From: Dhillonvirus LM40P1
Reading direction: 5' to 3' (one strand)
Sequence record: OZ035746.1
Length of the DNA: 45,119 nucleotides
Shown: one piece after another, positions 42,659-45,119 of the stretch
Layout of the letters: each line of letters starts with the position of its first letter
Position numbering within the stretch: position 1 is the first letter of the stretch
Program-made: the position numbers and the translations under genes
The notes under the pieces: generated by a model
What the model was told of the DNA's origin: nothing
The model's database searches: none
The model's input: only the letters and a program-made list of their open reading frames with translations

Positions 42659-43133
42659 TGAGAATGGTTTGCGGTTTACTGCCGCATGGGAGACGTTTAG
42701 CCCGGTGCCCTACTTCGCCACGAAGAAAGAGCAGGAGCAAGGTCTTTATACCTGGGGCTTCGGTCATACGGGCACTAACCCGCCGCGCAGCATTACCCGC
42801 ACTGAGGCAATGGAACTACTGCGCAAGGATATTGCCATTGCTGAGAAGTTTGTTCAGCGCGCAATGCCGATCGGGGCGTTCAACCAGGCCCAGTACGACG
42901 CGCTTGTGGATCTGGTCTTCAACGTAGGGCCGCGTGCCATCGGGGCTAATACCGGAACTGGTCGTGCAGTTCGTGCCGGTGATATTCAGACGATCCGTGC
43001 TAAACTGCCTCAATTCCGTATGCAAGCCGGGGTTGTTGTCAAGGGTCTGGTGCGTCGCGCTAACGGACGCCTGGCACTGTTCGACGGTAAGCAGTGGGAC
43101 GTTGCCGAGCGTATCGGTCGTAATTCAGCTTAA
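42648..43133 (+). CDS. endolysin (phage lysozyme-like)
   Basis: Lysozyme-type N-terminal motif GLRFTAAWETFSPVPYF...GLYTWGFGHTG; no N-terminal TM segment; adjacent to holins. Confidence 0.75.
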   Translation: MQFSENGLRFTAAWETFSPVPYFATKKEQEQGLYTWGFGHTGTNPPRSITRTEAMELLRKDIAIAEKFVQRAMPIGAFNQAQYDALVDLVFNVGPRAIGANTGTGRAVRAGDIQTIRAKLPQFRMQAGVVVKGLVRRANGRLALFDGKQWDVAERIGRNSA

Positions 43134-43142
43134 GGGGGAGAT

Positions 43143-43550
43143 ATGTTAAAAAGTATTCTTGATCATAATGCGGACGCGCTTGACGCGTTGGCTAAAACGG
43201 GCGACGCTGGCGCGCGTCGCATCATTGCAAACACCATCAGCCATGCCGGGGTGTTTGGTGCAAGCCTTCCGGGGCCGAAGCCGGATGTGAAGGTGTCAAG
43301 CGCCACAGTAACGGTAACACCAGAGGAAGTTACAATCGGCACCCAGTCTAAGGCTACGGTGGCGGTGCAACCGGCAGGGGCGACCGATAAATCCGGCGTG
43401 TGGATTAGTGGGTCGCCAACCATCGCCACCGTTGACGCTTCGGGTAATATCGACGGCAAAACTCCCGGTTCTGTCGATATTATTTGGGTGGCTAAGGATG
43501 GAAGCGGGGTGTCGGGCCGAAAAACGGTAACTGTGGCAAACGCCGAGTAA
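43143..43550 (+). CDS. Ig-like (Big_2-type) domain protein
   Basis: GGGGGAG RBS; Ser/Thr/Val-rich beta pattern VTVTPEEVTIG...ATVAVQP...ATVDASG...TVTV; terminator downstream. Confidence 0.45.
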   Translation: MLKSILDHNADALDALAKTGDAGARRIIANTISHAGVFGASLPGPKPDVKVSSATVTVTPEEVTIGTQSKATVAVQPAGATDKSGVWISGSPTIATVDASGNIDGKTPGSVDIIWVAKDGSGVSGRKTVTVANAE

Positions 43551-43557
43551 AGAGCAA

Positions 43558-43581
43558 GCCCGCAACTATGGCGGGCTTTTT
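43558..43581 (+). terminator. intrinsic terminator
   Basis: GCCCGC-AACTATG-GCGGGC hairpin followed by TTTTT. Confidence 0.7.
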
Positions 43582-43668
43582 ATTGCTTGACTTGCAACCA
43601 ATTAATAGCTCATACTTCTGTCGCCGTGGTATATTGATCGCGGTCAAACTGAATCAGGAAAATATACG

Positions 43669-44811
43669 ATGCACCCTCAAACCAAAATTACAGACGAGCA
43701 GTTGATCGCCGAAATCCAGGCGGGAACGACCGCGAAAGATATTGCTAAGAAATACGGGATTGCACTGCGCAATGTTTATATGCGCAAAGCACGCTTATCT
43801 AAAAAGGGGATTGGGCACGGTAACGATGCCGTAATTCGTAAGCGCGTTGCCGATGGCTTCGGCGTGAAACGTGTATCCGCCCTGGTACGAGGCAATGGCG
43901 AAGAGGTCATGTCGTGGGTTATCACCGAGCAGGACAAAGAGCGCCAGCTTGAGGCGATGCGTGCAGTGCTGGACGGCATGAACAGCGAAATCACACCGGC
44001 AGCACCCGTAAGCGCGCCACCAGTCCCGATCCAGGCGCTGGACCTGCTAAACCTGTACACCGTGTCCGACTTCCACCTGGGGATGCTGGCATGGGGGGAA
44101 GAGACTGGCGAGGATTGGGATATGGCTATTGCCGAAGACCTGTTCTACCGCTGGTTTGTCGAAGCCTTTGCCCGCGCCCCGGATGCCGGAACAGGCGTGA
44201 TTAACATCCTCGGTGATATGGCCCACTTTGACAGCCTGGATGCCGTTACCCCCGCAAGTGGTCACGTCCTGGATGCTGATACCCGCTATCAGAAGCTGGT
44301 GCGCTACATGATTCGCATGGTCCGCCACGTTGTCGAACTGGCATTGCAGAAACACCACAAGGTTAAACTGCTAATCGTGCAGGGCAACCATGACGAAAGC
44401 GGTATGATCTGGCTGGCGGAGATGTTCGCTACGCTGTACGAGAACGAGCCGCGCGTTGAGGTGGATACGTCGCCGGATGTCTATAAGATGGTCCAGCACG
44501 GTAAGACTACGCTGTTCTTCCATCACGGGCACAAGGCTAAATTCGACGCTATCGAGCCGGTCATGATTTCGAAATTTCGTGAGGCGTTCGGATCCAGCCA
44601 GTACAGCTATGCTCACGTAGGCCACCTGCACCACCAGAAGATTATCGAATCGCGCAACATGATTGTTGAACAGCACCGCACGCTTGCCGCGAAGGATGCC
44701 TACGCCAGCCGAGGCGGTTGGATGAGCGGACGCAGTGCAAACGTGATAACCTATAGCGCGAACTACGGTGAAGTAGCACGCTTAACCATTAGCCCGGAGA
44801 TGTTGAAATGA
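43669..44811 (+). CDS. calcineurin-like metallophosphoesterase with N-terminal HTH-like segment
   Basis: Motifs VSDFHLG, ILGDMAHFD, VQGNHDE, FFHHGH, HVGHLHH; N-terminal TAKDIAKKYGIALRNVYMRK; AGGAAA RBS; extended -10 TGGTATATT at 43627-43635. Confidence 0.6.
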   Translation: MHPQTKITDEQLIAEIQAGTTAKDIAKKYGIALRNVYMRKARLSKKGIGHGNDAVIRKRVADGFGVKRVSALVRGNGEEVMSWVITEQDKERQLEAMRAVLDGMNSEITPAAPVSAPPVPIQALDLLNLYTVSDFHLGMLAWGEETGEDWDMAIAEDLFYRWFVEAFARAPDAGTGVINILGDMAHFDSLDAVTPASGHVLDADTRYQKLVRYMIRMVRHVVELALQKHHKVKLLIVQGNHDESGMIWLAEMFATLYENEPRVEVDTSPDVYKMVQHGKTTLFFHHGHKAKFDAIEPVMISKFREAFGSSQYSYAHVGHLHHQKIIESRNMIVEQHRTLAAKDAYASRGGWMSGRSANVITYSANYGEVARLTISPEMLK

Positions 44812-45020
44812 TCAGACAAGTATTCATGAGCACGCAGGCCGCACGCCTGACTGAATTACGCAAACAACTGGAAGGACTGCGCCGATTCGAGCGCACAGCG
44901 GCAGCGGTAGGCATGAGTATGTCGGAACGGATCGAGATACTCACTCAAATTCGCCACACAGAGGGCGCAATCGAGGCAGTTAAGGCTATGCTAACCCGAT
45001 ACTACGGTCGACCCGTTTAA
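44808..45020 (+). CDS. hypothetical protein (70 aa)
   Basis: ATGA overlap with the upstream gene; terminator downstream. Confidence 0.4.
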   Translation: MIRQVFMSTQAARLTELRKQLEGLRRFERTAAAVGMSMSERIEILTQIRHTEGAIEAVKAMLTRYYGRPV

Positions 45021-45030
45021 TCTCACCACA

Positions 45031-45053
45031 GGCCCGCTTACGCGGGCTTTTTT
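45031..45053 (+). terminator. intrinsic terminator
   Basis: GCCCGC-TTAC-GCGGGC hairpin followed by TTTTTT. Confidence 0.7.
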
Positions 45054-45079
45054 GTGTCTGCAATTCTCCCTGATATAAT
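45052..45079 (+). promoter_or_regulatory. sigma70 promoter with extended -10 (TTGTGT-N16-TGATATAAT)
   Basis: TG-n-TATAAT at 45071-45079 with TTGTGT at 45052-45057; oriented toward the window end, so likely the terS/terL unit at the window start if the genome is circular or permuted. Confidence 0.45.
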
Positions 45080-45119
45080 CGTGACAGGTGGTTGGGCCAC
45101 CTCCTATGTTGCCGATGGT

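Noticed and set aside
1-45119. Lysogeny module (integrase, repressor, att site) and tRNA genes
   Set aside because: No tyrosine or serine recombinase-like ORF, no CI/Cro-like pair and no tRNA-like sequence were recognised. The phage is probably virulent, though tRNA detection by eye is unreliable and a tRNA scan would be needed.

Overview
This window looks like a near-complete (~45 kb) genome of a virulent tailed dsDNA phage of an enterobacterial host; E. coli-type RBS and sigma70-like promoters are visible. All calls are from reading the sequence and ORF track by eye, with no database search. The layout is siphovirus-like with a lambda-type tail tip. Plus strand 0-25 kb carries terminase (small and large), portal, minor head protein, an overlapping Rz/Rz1 spanin pair, scaffold, major capsid, head-tail proteins, major tail protein, a G/GT chaperone with a -1 frameshift site, tape measure, M-L-K-I-J-like tail tip and two tail fibers. 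Minus strand 25.2-37.1 kb is one long early/replication operon with overlapping stop/start codons: acidic first gene, Cas4-like nuclease, SSB with acidic tail, family A DNA polymerase, VRR-NUC, SNF2 helicase, a short C5-methyltransferase-like gene, an HNH-like gene, a Dam-type N6A methyltransferase and several unknowns. Plus strand 37.3-45.0 kb carries an HTH protein, a primase-helicase, small unknown genes, holins, endolysin and a metallophosphoesterase. A promoter at the window end points toward terS at the start, which suggests the window is a linearised circular or permuted genome. No integrase, repressor, tRNA or CRISPR array was recognised. The best candidates for something new are: two copies of a ~180-bp non-coding module built from phased CGGGACA repeats, GGGACGTCCC palindromes and a long imperfect hairpin (11.45-11.77 kb and 40.07-40.24 kb), the second next to three iterons just downstream of the primase-helicase; a recurring ATTGGTTGCA motif embedded in a stereotyped promoter; an antisense lipoprotein plus beta-rich protein cassette between J and the tail fibers; an antisense unknown gene with its own promoter inside the head module; and an acidic low-complexity first gene of the early operon.
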